Source of the DNA: an uncultured Acidobacteriia bacterium
GTDB taxonomy: Bacteria > Acidobacteriota > Terriglobia > Bryobacterales > Bryobacteraceae
DNA length: 64,000 nucleotides
Reading direction: 5' to 3'
NCBI GenBank assembly: GCA_903851195.1
Contig: CAINNJ010000027.1
Location: 38,744 to 102,743 of the forward strand
The first letter of the stretch is position 1. Every line of letters begins with the position of its first letter. A program made the translations under genes and the position numbers. This document shows positions 1 through 9,222 of this stretch, piece by piece. The notes beneath the pieces were generated by a model, which saw only the letters and a program-made list of their open reading frames with translations, made no database searches and was not told where the DNA came from.

Positions 1-377
1 TCAACCAGAACGGCCGCTGTCCAAACCTGGTCGGACTGTACGGTTCGCGCGTGGAACTCAAAGACGGGACCAGCGTAAAAGCGGATGAGTCTTACATCCG
101 CGAGTCCGTGCTCTATCCGCAATCGAAGATCGTGGCGGGTTATGACGATTACATGCCGACCTTCAAGGGTTTGATTACCGAAGACGGCATGCTGAAGCTG
201 ATTGAATACGTGAAGTCACTCGGGGCAAAGAATGGGGCCGTCAATTCGGCGACTCCCGCGCCGGTGGAAACCAGCGCTTCGCCGCAGACATCGACACGGC
301 CGCAAGGCAGGATGGGCGCGCCCGCGGCGGGTGCGCGAGCGGGGGCGGCGCCGGCCGTCCCGCAGGGCGTTCGTTAA
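1..377 (+). CDS. ctaC: cytochrome c oxidase subunit II, C-terminal cytochrome c domain (5' end cut by window edge)
   Basis: Frame is open from the window start (..NLVGLYGSRVELKDGTSVKADESYIRESVLYPQSKIVAGYDDYMPTFKG..), typical of the fused cytochrome c tail of caa3-type subunit II. It lies directly upstream of ctaD. Confidence 0.8.
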   Translation, partial: NQNGRCPNLVGLYGSRVELKDGTSVKADESYIRESVLYPQSKIVAGYDDYMPTFKGLITEDGMLKLIEYVKSLGAKNGAVNSATPAPVETSASPQTSTRPQGRMGAPAAGARAGAAPAVPQGVR

Positions 378-395
378 GTTGTCGGGGACACAAGA

Positions 396-2063
396 ATGAT
401 TACGGCGACTGCAACCAAGAAAGAAACAAAAAACTACCTGAACGCGGAGAGCGGGCTGAAGAGCTGGCTTCTGACGCAGGACCACAAACGCATCGCGATT
501 CTGTACCTGATCGCGGTGACCGCGTTTTTCATCGTCGGCGGCCTGATGGCCGTGCTGATCCGTCTGGAACTGGCCACCCCCGCGGGAGACCTGCTCGACT
601 CGAACACCTATAACAAAGTGTTCACGATGCACGGGGTGGTGATGATCTTCTTCTTCCTGATCCCTTCGATTCCGGCGATTCTGGGTAATTTCCTGTTGCC
701 GCTGATGATTGGCGCGAAGGATCTGGCGTTTCCCAGGATTAACCTGCTGAGCTGGTACGTTTATATGCTCGGCGGTTGTTTCGGCGTGTTTGTGCTGATT
801 ACCGGTGGCGTGGACACGGGCTGGACCTTCTATACGCCGTTCAGCACCACCTATTCCAATGGCTACGTGGTGATGACCGCGATGGCCGCCTTCATCAACG
901 GCTTCTCGTCGATTCTGACCGGGCTGAATTTCATCGTTACCGTGCACCGCATGCGGGCGCCGGGCCTTACCTGGTTCCGCCTACCGCTGTTCGTTTGGGC
1001 TCACTACGCCACCAGCGTCATCATGATTCTGGGCACGCCGGTGATCGCGGTGACTCTGTTCCTGCTGATGCTGGAGCGCGGCCTGCACATCGGCTTTTTC
1101 GATCCCGCGTATGGCGGCGATCCGGTGCTGTTCCAGCATCTCTTCTGGTTCTACTCGCACCCGGCCGTCTACATCATGATTCTGCCGTCCATGGGCGTGA
1201 TCTCCGAGGTGGTTTCGACTTTCTGTTCGAAGAAGCCTTTCGGTTACACGTTCATCGCGTTCTCCAGCGTGGCGATCGCCGTGTTCGGATTCCTGGTGTG
1301 GGGCCACCACCTTTACGTGTCCAGCCAGTCCGCGTATGCCGGCATGGTGTTCTCGATCCTGTCGTACATCGTGGCCATTCCGTCCGCCATTAAGATCTTC
1401 AACTGGGCCGCGACCATGTTCAAGGGTTCGGTCCGGCTGGAAACGCCGATGCTTTACGCACTCGGATTCATGGGGCTGTTCACCGTCGGCGGTCTGACCG
1501 GCCTGTTCCTTGCCGCGATGGGTCTGGACGTTCACCTGACCGACACCTACTTCGTGGTCGCGCACTTCCATTACGTGATGGTGGGCGGCGCGATCATGGG
1601 TTACATGGCGGGTATCCATTTCTGGTGGCCGAAGATGACTGGCCGTATGTATCCGGAAGTTTGGTCGAAGGTCGCTGCCGGGCTGACGTTTATCGGCTTC
1701 AATCTGACCTTCTTCCCGCAGTTCATCCTGGGCTACATGGGGATGCCTCGCCGGTACCACGTTTATCCCCCTGAGTTCCAGGTGTTCAACGTGCTGTCAT
1801 CGGCGGGCGCCTCGATTCTGGGTCTCGGCTATCTGATTCCGGGAATTTACCTGATCTGGTCCCTGAAATACGGCAAGCTCGCGGGGCCGAATCCCTGGGG
1901 CGCGACGGGTCTGGAGTGGCAGACGGCATCGCCGCCTCCCACCGAGAATTTCGAGATTACCCCGGTGGTGACCACCGAGGCCTACGAATACACGCCGCAG
2001 ATTCTGGCGATGATCGATTCCAGCCCGACTCAAACAACCAAGGAGGTTACACACGTTGGCTAA
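396..2063 (+). CDS. ctaD: cytochrome c oxidase subunit I
   Basis: 555-aa polytopic ORF with heme-copper oxidase subunit I signatures ([34 protein letters not shown]). Confidence 0.97.
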   Translation: MITATATKKETKNYLNAESGLKSWLLTQDHKRIAILYLIAVTAFFIVGGLMAVLIRLELATPAGDLLDSNTYNKVFTMHGVVMIFFFLIPSIPAILGNFLLPLMIGAKDLAFPRINLLSWYVYMLGGCFGVFVLITGGVDTGWTFYTPFSTTYSNGYVVMTAMAAFINGFSSILTGLNFIVTVHRMRAPGLTWFRLPLFVWAHYATSVIMILGTPVIAVTLFLLMLERGLHIGFFDPAYGGDPVLFQHLFWFYSHPAVYIMILPSMGVISEVVSTFCSKKPFGYTFIAFSSVAIAVFGFLVWGHHLYVSSQSAYAGMVFSILSYIVAIPSAIKIFNWAATMFKGSVRLETPMLYALGFMGLFTVGGLTGLFLAAMGLDVHLTDTYFVVAHFHYVMVGGAIMGYMAGIHFWWPKMTGRMYPEVWSKVAAGLTFIGFNLTFFPQFILGYMGMPRRYHVYPPEFQVFNVLSSAGASILGLGYLIPGIYLIWSLKYGKLAGPNPWGATGLEWQTASPPPTENFEITPVVTTEAYEYTPQILAMIDSSPTQTTKEVTHVG

Positions 2064-2775
2064 TGAACCGGCGGTCGCCCTTCATGAGGCGGGCCACACT
2101 GGCGCCCATGCACACCCCGGCTATGGGGAAGTGCGGCACCATTTCGAGAGTTACGCGCAACAAAAGGACGCCTCCACCATCGGAATGTGGGTCTTCCTGC
2201 TCACAGAACTTATGTTCTTCGGCGGGATGTTCATGGCGTACTTCGTTTACCGCCAGTGGTACCCGGACGCTTTCGCTTCGGCGAGTCTGAAAACCAATCT
2301 GTGGCTGGGCGCTTTCAATACGACCGTCCTGATCTGCAGCAGTTTGACGATGGCGATGGCGGTGCATTCGGCGTCCACCGGGAAACGACTTCTGCTGGTC
2401 GGCTTCCTGATTGCAACGCTTGTGCTCGGCAGCGCGTTTTTGGGTGTGAAAGCGTACGAGTATCACGACAAGTGGGTTCACCACGAAATTCCCGGTGAAC
2501 ACTACGAGTGCGAGGGCTGCGTGGACGCGGGACACACGTCTCTGTTCTTCGCTCTGTATTTCGGTATGACGGGGCTGCACGCCTCGCACATGATCATCGG
2601 CGCTTTCATTCTGCTGGTGCTGATCTGGCAGTCTTACAAGGGTAAGTTCTCGGCGAAGTGGTACACGCCGATAGAACTGTTCGGCCTGTACTGGCATTTC
2701 GTGGATATCGTCTGGATCTTCCTGTTTCCGCTTCTTTATCTCATCGACCGTTCCGGTAAAGGAGGAATTCATTGA
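2056..2775 (+). CDS. ctaE: cytochrome c oxidase subunit III
   Basis: 239-aa membrane ORF (..[16 protein letters not shown]..). TTG start at 2056 sits 10 nt after AGGAGG (2041-2046) and overlaps the ctaD stop. Confidence 0.9.
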   Translation: MANEPAVALHEAGHTGAHAHPGYGEVRHHFESYAQQKDASTIGMWVFLLTELMFFGGMFMAYFVYRQWYPDAFASASLKTNLWLGAFNTTVLICSSLTMAMAVHSASTGKRLLLVGFLIATLVLGSAFLGVKAYEYHDKWVHHEIPGEHYECEGCVDAGHTSLFFALYFGMTGLHASHMIIGAFILLVLIWQSYKGKFSAKWYTPIELFGLYWHFVDIVWIFLFPLLYLIDRSGKGGIH

Positions 2776-3116
2776 TGTCCGCTTCACATCACAATGCCGC
2801 TTCTCATGACAACCATGAGGAGCACCACGTTGTACCCGTCAGTGTTTACCTTGGCGTTTTCTTCGCGCTGATCGCGCTGACCTGGGTTACCGCATGGATT
2901 TCGACCATTGACCTGGGACCGCTGAATATCTACGTCGCTCTGTCGATCGCAATTTTCAAGGCTTCGCTGGTGGTGCTGTTCTTCATGCACGTGAAATACG
3001 GCACCAGGCTGACCAAGTTGATCGTGGGCTGCGGCCTGTTCTGGCTGATCCTGCTGCTCTTCATCGTCATGATGGATATCTGGACTCGCAGCTGGATGGG
3101 CGTTCCGGGCCGATAA
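2772..3116 (+). CDS. ctaF: prokaryotic cytochrome c oxidase subunit IV (caa3 small subunit)
   Basis: 114-aa, ~3-TM ORF with LVVLFFMHVKYG motif. ATGA overlap with ctaE; last gene of the operon. Confidence 0.8.
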   Translation: MMSASHHNAASHDNHEEHHVVPVSVYLGVFFALIALTWVTAWISTIDLGPLNIYVALSIAIFKASLVVLFFMHVKYGTRLTKLIVGCGLFWLILLLFIVMMDIWTRSWMGVPGR

Positions 3117-3135
3117 GCAAGCAGTACAATTCGTG

Positions 3136-3161
3136 AGTGAAAGGGGCCCGGTTGGCGAACC
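3136..3161. terminator. intrinsic terminator hairpin between convergent ctaF and cheY
   Basis: GCCCGGTT-GGCG-AACCGGGC (8-bp stem) followed by TCTTTTGCGTTT. Confidence 0.7.
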
Positions 3162-3197
3162 GGGCTCTTTTGCGTTTGGCGAAGCGCATGCGCCGCT

Positions 3198-3581
3198 TTA
3201 CAGGAATCCGGTCAGTTTCTCCTTGATTTGCTCGGCTGTAAATGGTTTTCGGACGTAGCCAGTCGCTCCCAGTTGTACGGCCTCCATTACCTTTCCCTGG
3301 CCGCCTTCCGTGGTGATCATGATGACGGGCACATTTCGGAGGTGATCCATTTCTTTGATGCGGGCAAGCAGCTGCAGGCCATCCATGTGCGGCATATTGA
3401 TGTCGGACAGAATCAGCCCGAACGGCCGTCCCTTCAAAATTTCGATCGCCTCGGTGCCGTCGCCCGCCTCCTGAATCTCCCCCAAAGGCAGGTCCGTCTG
3501 GCGAAGGACGCGCTGCAGGATCTTCCGGATTGCAGCGGAGTCGTCGACGATCAGAACATCCAGCGGCGCTTTCTCTGACAT
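3198..3581 (-). CDS. cheY: single-domain response regulator, CheY-like
   Basis: 127 aa with receiver residues in place: VLIVDDS, LILSDINMPHMDG, VIMITTEG, YVRKPF. Confidence 0.9.
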   Translation of the reverse strand: MSEKAPLDVLIVDDSAAIRKILQRVLRQTDLPLGEIQEAGDGTEAIEILKGRPFGLILSDINMPHMDGLQLLARIKEMDHLRNVPVIMITTEGGQGKVMEAVQLGATGYVRKPFTAEQIKEKLTGFL

Positions 3582-3598
3582 TGCGTTCTCCTCTGAAT

Positions 3599-3626
3599 AG
3601 ATCGGCGAAAGAGCGGGCGAAGTTTA
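3599..3626 (-). promoter_or_regulatory. candidate sigma-28 promoter for cheY (TAAA-N16-GCCGATCT)
   Basis: Minus strand reads TAAA (3626-3623), 16-nt spacer, GCCGATCT (3606-3599). The -10 ends 17 nt before the cheY ATG, so the leader would be very short. Confidence 0.35.
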
Positions 3627-3661
3627 GGAGAAGTTTTCTGTTGCCGTCGGCGAATGATCTC

Positions 3662-3689
3662 TCAACAATTGGAAGGAAATTGCCGATAA
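3662..3689 (+). promoter_or_regulatory. candidate sigma-28 promoter for flaG-fliS (TCAA-N16-GCCGATAA)
   Basis: Perfect -10 GCCGATAA at 3682-3689, 19 nt upstream of the flaG ATG. The -35 is an imperfect TCAA at 3662-3665. Confidence 0.5.
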
Positions 3690-3707
3690 GGTAAGCAGGA
3701 CGGCAAG

Positions 3708-4010
3708 ATGGCTCAGGCACAAGGGGTTACGGCTGTGAACGGAGCGGCGCTTCCCGCCAGTCCGGTAACGCCCCGGACTCCCGCGGACCGGGCTTTCGTT
3801 CGGGAGGTCTCCGATGCGGTGAAGCGCCTCAATCGGGGCAATTTTGCGGGGCAGGGCAGGGAGGTGACCTTTTCCATCGACCGGGTCACACGCCTGCCGG
3901 TGGTGAAGGTTGTGGATGTGAATACCAAAGAAGTTCTCAATCAGTGGCCGGCTGAGTATGTGTTGCAGCTGGCGGCTGGTTACGCGAAGGACAGACGAGA
4001 TTCCGAATGA
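3708..4010 (+). CDS. flaG: flagellar protein FlaG
   Basis: 100 aa; ..REVTFSIDRVTRLPVVKVVDVNTKEVLNQWPAEYVLQLA matches the FlaG family C-terminal pattern. Overlaps the fliS start (ATGA). Confidence 0.8.
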   Translation: MAQAQGVTAVNGAALPASPVTPRTPADRAFVREVSDAVKRLNRGNFAGQGREVTFSIDRVTRLPVVKVVDVNTKEVLNQWPAEYVLQLAAGYAKDRRDSE

Positions 4011-4465
4011 ATCCATACTTTGAACAGATGATCCTTTCGGCAAGCCCGGTGGAGCTGATCCGGCTGCTGTACCAGCGCGCGATCGGGGCTCTGCGCGACG
4101 CGAGAGTTTCGTTGAGGCAGGGGCGCGTCGAACAGCGCTCGGCGTCAATTAACATTGCGTACGCGGTGTTGACGGAACTGGCCGGTTCGCTCCGCGCGGA
4201 AGAGGCGCCGGAACTGGCAGCAAAGCTGGAAGGCCTGTACGGCTATATGCAGACGCGCCTGGTGGACGCAAATTTTCGCCAGGTGGAAGAGCCGTTGACC
4301 GAGGTGATCGGCCTGCTGACTATTCTCGCCGAAGCGTGGTCCGCGGTGCCGGACCCGCTTGTCGCGGAGGCGGCGGCTCAGAGCCGCTGGATGCCGTCCG
4401 GCGCTTCGGCAAGGGGATCGGCAATAGGCGACGATGGCGTCATTCGGGTGGCGGTGTCGGCATAG
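4007..4465 (+). CDS. fliS: flagellar export chaperone FliS
   Basis: 152 aa; ..SPVELIRLLYQRAI..L..A...I..A..IL.EL..SL.. helical-bundle pattern of FliS. Confidence 0.85.
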   Translation: MNPYFEQMILSASPVELIRLLYQRAIGALRDARVSLRQGRVEQRSASINIAYAVLTELAGSLRAEEAPELAAKLEGLYGYMQTRLVDANFRQVEEPLTEVIGLLTILAEAWSAVPDPLVAEAAAQSRWMPSGASARGSAIGDDGVIRVAVSA

Positions 4466-4757
4466 GCGAGTTCTTTGGGGAATCGAGAGCAGCCTGGATT
4501 ACACGGCCGAGTCCCAAGCCTCCGGCAGCGGACAGAGCGCGCGCGAATTGCTCTTCGCCCAGGCCGAATGCCGCTTCGCTGGCCTGGTCTTCACCGGTTC
4601 CCAACCAGCCGGAACCTTCTTCCCGAACCGAGCGAAGCATCTGAGCCACCAGGAAAGCCTCGAAGTCCTTCGCGGCTCCGGAGGTTTTCAGGGTGGCTTT
4701 GTCAGGGGCGGCGGCGCTGGTTGCCGCGGCAATCGCCGCAAGAGCACTGGTGCCCAT
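4440..4757 (-). CDS. flgJ: rod-binding protein (FlgJ N-terminal-domain-only type)
   Basis: 105 aa with the rod-binding motif AAKDFEAFLVAQMLRSVRE. No muramidase domain. Lies directly downstream of flgI. Confidence 0.75.
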   Translation of the reverse strand: MGTSALAAIAAATSAAAPDKATLKTSGAAKDFEAFLVAQMLRSVREEGSGWLGTGEDQASEAAFGLGEEQFARALSAAGGLGLGRVIQAALDSPKNSPMPTPPPE

Positions 4758-5854
4758 CAGATCACCTCCAGAATGGCATCGAGCGCGCCCGCGGCCCGGA
4801 GATTTTGGAGAATGGCAATGATGTCGCGCGAGGAAGAGCCGATCGCCGTGAGAGCGCGGACCAGTTCCTCCACGGTGGCTCCTTCTTTGAGGACGACATT
4901 CCGGGCTGGTTCGTCTTTCGCGGTTACGGTCTGTTGCGGAACGGTGGCCGTGGCGCCGCCGGAAAGCGGCCCGGGCTGGGAAACAAGCAGCCGGGTTTCA
5001 ATCTGAACCGAGAGATTTCCATGCAGAATTGCAACCGGGGCAATCCGAACGTTCTTTCCGATCACGATCGTCCCCGTGCGTTCGTTGACCACAATGCGCG
5101 CGGGAACGTCGACCTCGACCCGCACCTCTTCAAGACCCGCGATGAACGCGGGCACCCGGCTCTTCCACTCCGCCGGCGTTGTCACGGAGATCAGCGCTCC
5201 ATTCTCCGCGACCGCAATGGGCGCGTCGGCCGGGAACTCCTTATTGATCGCGTCGGCCACGCGTGCCGAAGTGGCGAAATCGGAATTCCGCAACTGCAAT
5301 CGGACCTGCTTCGAGGGCTCCACGGAGGGCGCTACGCGTTCGACGGTGGCTCCGCTGGGAATCCGCCCGACAGTCGGATGATTCACGGTCTGGCTGGTAC
5401 CGCCCCGGCCGGCGACAAATCCGCCCGTGACGACGGGTCCCTGGGCTACCGCGTAAACCTGTCCGTTCGCGCCGCGCAGACTGGTCATCAGCAAGGTCCC
5501 GCCCTGCAGATTGCTCGCGTCACCCAGGGCGGAGGCAGTCACGTCGAGAGTTGTGCCGGGTTGCGCAAACGGCTGCAGGGTGGCGGTCACCATAACGGCC
5601 GCCATATTCTGTACCCGGATGGTGCCGGGAGAAACGGCAACTCCCATCTTCTCCAGCATGTTGGCGAGACTCTGTGTGCTGAAAATGGTGGTTCGTTTGT
5701 CGCCGGTACCGGCCAGGCCGACCACCAGACCATACCCAATCAGCTGATTCTCGCGCACGCCTTCCACGGAGACGATATCTTTCAGCCGGGTTGTCCCCGC
5801 CGCATGCAGCACCGCCTGCAGACAGCCCAACAGGATACAGAGTTGTTTTCGCAT
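4757..5854 (-). CDS. flgI: flagellar P-ring protein FlgI
   Basis: ORF 4757..5923. Start placed at the internal ATG (MRKQLCILLGCLQAVLHAAG signal peptide), giving 365 aa. Has the GYGLVVGLAGTGD signature. Confidence 0.93.
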   Translation of the reverse strand: MRKQLCILLGCLQAVLHAAGTTRLKDIVSVEGVRENQLIGYGLVVGLAGTGDKRTTIFSTQSLANMLEKMGVAVSPGTIRVQNMAAVMVTATLQPFAQPGTTLDVTASALGDASNLQGGTLLMTSLRGANGQVYAVAQGPVVTGGFVAGRGGTSQTVNHPTVGRIPSGATVERVAPSVEPSKQVRLQLRNSDFATSARVADAINKEFPADAPIAVAENGALISVTTPAEWKSRVPAFIAGLEEVRVEVDVPARIVVNERTGTIVIGKNVRIAPVAILHGNLSVQIETRLLVSQPGPLSGGATATVPQQTVTAKDEPARNVVLKEGATVEELVRALTAIGSSSRDIIAILQNLRAAGALDAILEVI

Positions 5855-5864
5855 AGAAGCAGCC

Positions 5865-6584
5865 TTAAAACGGCAGCAAACCCAACAACAAGCGGTACAA
5901 GGCGTTTGGCCGCCGGACGGCATCCGCCACGAGACCCTTGCCGTTCACGCGAACCTCCAGATCGGCCACCTGGGTCGAGGGCACGGTGTTCGCGGTCGAA
6001 ATATCCGAGGTCCGGACGATTCCCCGCACCGTGATCACCTGCTGCTCGGAATTCACCTGCAGGCTCTTATCGCCCTCGATCAGCAGCAGTCCTCCAGGCA
6101 GCACCTTCACCACACGAGCCGTGAGCGTGGCATTGAGGGTCGCGGTGCGCGAAGTCGTACCGGTTCCGTTCAGCTTTTGGTCGCCGCTGAGTCCGGCCAG
6201 ATTCGCCAGCGCTCCGGCCGCGGACTTCTTCCCGGCAAGAGACGAGATGGAGGCATTGGCACTGGAAGCTCGCTGTGATGTGCTGGCGCCGGTCGCCACC
6301 GCATTCACGGTCTCGGAAACCAGCACTGTGACCACGTCATCTACCTGGCTCGCGCGCAGATCGCGCCCGAGGTCGGTCAGCCTTGAAGACGGTGTCCAGA
6401 TCGCACCGGGAGTGGCGTCCGGTTCCCGCTCCCCCACTGCTGAAGCGCTGCGGATGTATTGCTCCAGCAGGGACGGCTCTGCAACTTTCGGCTTCTTCCT
6501 GGTTCCCGGAAGAATTCCCCCTGCCATCGCGTACGGCACGACTAACAGAGCGGCACCGGCAATCACGGCCAGAATGCTTCTCAT
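5865..6584 (-). CDS. flgH: flagellar L-ring protein FlgH
   Basis: ORF 5865..6728. Start placed at the ATG giving MRSILAVIAGAALLVV signal and an ATGA overlap with the flgA stop. Contains DDVVTVLVSE and VITVRGIVRTSDI motifs. Confidence 0.9.
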   Translation of the reverse strand: MRSILAVIAGAALLVVPYAMAGGILPGTRKKPKVAEPSLLEQYIRSASAVGEREPDATPGAIWTPSSRLTDLGRDLRASQVDDVVTVLVSETVNAVATGASTSQRASSANASISSLAGKKSAAGALANLAGLSGDQKLNGTGTTSRTATLNATLTARVVKVLPGGLLLIEGDKSLQVNSEQQVITVRGIVRTSDISTANTVPSTQVADLEVRVNGKGLVADAVRRPNALYRLLLGLLPF

Positions 6585-7465
6585 GGCAACACCACCAGTG
6601 CCTTCGAACCCTCCAGCCGCGCGCGAAAGATCTTCCCGCTCGACGGATTTCGCAGTTCCACCGTCTCTCCGGCGCGCGCTTCCCGTTCCGCCACGGCGTC
6701 GAAGCGCAGGCGGGCCGTACCGGAACATACCTCAACTTTTATACGATCGCCACGCCGTACTACCGGCGCCTCGGCGAGCACGTTCAGCGGAATCATCGAA
6801 CCGCCGCTGACGGGGCGTTTGGGAATCCGGCCGACGACATCTTCCACGCGAAGCGCGACCACTTCGTGAACCAGCGGACCGCGACGCGTCTCCAGTCGCA
6901 CCGATTCGGCGCCGATGGGCAAGTCAGGCGGAAGATTTCGGAGGGCCACTGCCGCCGTAATTTGCTGCGTGATGGAAACGCGGGCCCACACGGCGGCCCG
7001 GCGAGTCCCGGTGTACTGTACGTAGCCGCGCCACAACTGTACATTGTGCTCCCCGGAAGACGATGGCGAGAGCGACCCCGCCGGGAAGACAATCTCTCCG
7101 GCCGGCACCGGATTTGCCGACCTTTCCACGATCGTGATGTCTACGCCCGCGGCGCCCTGCAGTCCCTTGCGCATGGCGCGGATCAGATCTTCGTCTTCCG
7201 GATGGCGGACCGGCACCTCGAAGCAGAACTCCGCGGGCGCGCTCAAGGAAATCCCGTGCGCTGTCGCGAGCCGCCCCAGTTCCGGGCCCGCAAGAACTCG
7301 TTGCGCTCCGGGAGGCGGCGCCGGCGCGACCGTGTACGACTCGGGCATCACCGCAAACCGCGGATCCGCCAGCGCCAGGTCTCGGCCCAGAATCCGGTCT
7401 CCAGTGACCGGCAGACAAGCGGGGAAAGCGGGCAGACACACAAACAACAGAATCGGGGTCTTCAT
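6581..7465 (-). CDS. flgA: flagellar basal-body P-ring formation chaperone FlgA
   Basis: 294 aa with a signal peptide and C-terminal ..GDRIKVEV..GETVELRNPSSGKIFRARL pattern. Positioned between flgG and flgH. Confidence 0.8.
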   Translation of the reverse strand: MKTPILLFVCLPAFPACLPVTGDRILGRDLALADPRFAVMPESYTVAPAPPPGAQRVLAGPELGRLATAHGISLSAPAEFCFEVPVRHPEDEDLIRAMRKGLQGAAGVDITIVERSANPVPAGEIVFPAGSLSPSSSGEHNVQLWRGYVQYTGTRRAAVWARVSITQQITAAVALRNLPPDLPIGAESVRLETRRGPLVHEVVALRVEDVVGRIPKRPVSGGSMIPLNVLAEAPVVRRGDRIKVEVCSGTARLRFDAVAEREARAGETVELRNPSSGKIFRARLEGSKALVVLP

Positions 7466-7491
7466 AGTCGTTTCCGTTCGAGCGAGCGCAC

Positions 7492-8283
7492 TTACCGCGT
7501 CAAACCATTAACCTGCTGATACATGTCATCCGCAGCCTTCACCACCTTGGAATTCGCCTCATAGGCGCGCTGGCTGGTGATCAGGTTGATGAATTCGTCG
7601 ACCACGCTCACGTTCGACTGTTCCAGATACCCCTGTTGCAGGGTCCCGATCCCTTCGGTTCCGCCAGGCGTACCCACCACAGCGTCCCCCGACGCGTCGG
7701 TGGGCAAATAGAGGCTCCGTCCGAGCGAGTTGAGCCCGGCAGGATTCTGGAAATTCGCCAGGGTGATCTGACCGGCATTCTGGGCCTGCGTTTGACCCGG
7801 CAGCGTGTAGGTCACGGTGCCGTCGCTGGCGATATTCACCGACTGAGCGGTCGCGGGGATCGTGATCTGCGGCTGCAGTTGATCGCCGTCGGAGGTCACC
7901 AGGCTACCTGTATTGTCCACGTGAAACGCGCCCGCCCGGGTGTAAGCGGTCTGTCCGCTGGCCTGCCTGATCTGGAAGAAGCCGCGGCCCTGAATCACCA
8001 GATCGTAGGTGTTCCCGGTGGCCGCGAAATCGCCCTGCTGGAAGATGATTTCGTTTGAAGCCGCGCGCGTGCCGAGGCCCAGTTGAAGGCCCGTGGGCAC
8101 CACCGTGGATTGCCCGGCCGAGGAACCGGGCGCCACCATATTCTGATAAAGCAGATCCTGAAACTGCGCGCGCCGCGATTTGTAGCCGGCGGAGTTGGCA
8201 TTGGCCAGATTGTTCGCGATATTGTCGATATTCAGCTGTTGTGCCGTCATGCCGCTGGCGGCGCTGTAGAGTGCTCGGATCAT
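7492..8283 (-). CDS. flgG: flagellar distal rod protein FlgG
   Basis: 263 aa; N-terminal ANNLANANSAGYK and C-terminal LEQSNVSVVDEFINLITSQRAYEANSKVV rod/hook family ends. Confidence 0.95.
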   Translation of the reverse strand: MIRALYSAASGMTAQQLNIDNIANNLANANSAGYKSRRAQFQDLLYQNMVAPGSSAGQSTVVPTGLQLGLGTRAASNEIIFQQGDFAATGNTYDLVIQGRGFFQIRQASGQTAYTRAGAFHVDNTGSLVTSDGDQLQPQITIPATAQSVNIASDGTVTYTLPGQTQAQNAGQITLANFQNPAGLNSLGRSLYLPTDASGDAVVGTPGGTEGIGTLQQGYLEQSNVSVVDEFINLITSQRAYEANSKVVKAADDMYQQVNGLTR

Positions 8284-8300
8284 CCCGTTTTCCTTTCCTA

Positions 8301-9035
8301 TCAGGACTGCACGCGGGCCACGTCTTCAATGGCGCGCCGGTTCAATTCGTTCCCGATGCTCATGGCTTTTGACAGCATTTCGAACTGTCGAAGAATGGCC
8401 ACCAGGCGCACGGCCGATTCCGGACCGCCCACGTTCGAGGCCTCGAGCTTGCCCTGCAGGACGCTGCCCGCCGCAGGCTTCGGCGTGCCGCCCGGCACCA
8501 GAGCGAAATAATTGTGGCCTTCTTTGTTGATAATCTGGCGGTCGAACGCCGCCAGATCCAGTTGCCCCGCGAGCTGGCCGCCCTGCCGGACGGATCCGTC
8601 CGCCGACAACTCCACGGGAAGCCCGGCCTGGAGCTGAATCTGACCGCCGCCTTTCGCCTGCACGGCGCTCCCATCGCTTGTGGTGAGCAGGCCTGCGGCA
8701 GAAATACGGAAGTTGCCGTTTCTCGTGTAGCGGACCCCCCGCGGCGTCTGGACGGCGAACAGGCCGTCTCCATCGATGGCGAAATCCAGAGGATTACCGG
8801 TGACGTGGAAGTCGCCCTGCGCAAGATCGGTCCAGTGACTTTCGATGACGGGGAGCGTCGGAAAATTCCCGGTTTGCGGATCCGCGGAGGCGTCCGCCGA
8901 AGTGTAAAGACTATAGAATTCCCGGTCTGCTTTAAACCCGCCGGTTTCGGTATTGGCGAGATTGTTGGCCAGCAATTCCAGGGATTCCAGGCGCGCCCGC
9001 ATGCCGCTGGCCGCCGAGATTGATAATGCGTCCAT
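8301..9035 (-). CDS. flgF: flagellar proximal rod protein FlgF
   Basis: 244 aa; ANNLANTETGGFK ... LEASNV..AVRLVAILRQFE. First gene of the minus-strand flgFGAHIJ block. Confidence 0.9.
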   Translation of the reverse strand: MDALSISAASGMRARLESLELLANNLANTETGGFKADREFYSLYTSADASADPQTGNFPTLPVIESHWTDLAQGDFHVTGNPLDFAIDGDGLFAVQTPRGVRYTRNGNFRISAAGLLTTSDGSAVQAKGGGQIQLQAGLPVELSADGSVRQGGQLAGQLDLAAFDRQIINKEGHNYFALVPGGTPKPAAGSVLQGKLEASNVGGPESAVRLVAILRQFEMLSKAMSIGNELNRRAIEDVARVQS

Positions 9036-9095
9036 ATGAATTTCGGGTTTTCCGGATGCAGGCGGGGGGCCGAAGCAGAAAGTTTCGTAGATCGC

Positions 9096-9122
9096 TCAAA
9101 TCCGGCGGATAAGCGCCGATAT
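9096..9122 (+). promoter_or_regulatory. candidate sigma-28-type promoter upstream of fliK (TCAA-N15-GCCGATAT)
   Basis: TCAA 9096-9099, 15-nt spacer, GCCGATAT 9115-9122, about 100 nt upstream of the fliK ORF start. Confidence 0.4.
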
Positions 9123-9222
9123 GAGAGTTGGATGGAGTTTTGCCGAGCGTCATGATTTTGGCGTTCTGCAGCCAAACGGCAAATTTCCGCCACCGCGATT
9201 TCTGCTAAGAGCCTGAAACGCC

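Noticed and set aside
9177-9193. Sigma-54-like sequences: TGGCGGAAATTTGCC (minus strand, upstream of flgF) and TGGCGTCAGGTTTTGCAT at 54075..54092.
   Set aside because: GG-to-GC spacing is 9 and 11 nt respectively, not the invariant 10, so they are not credible -24/-12 promoters.
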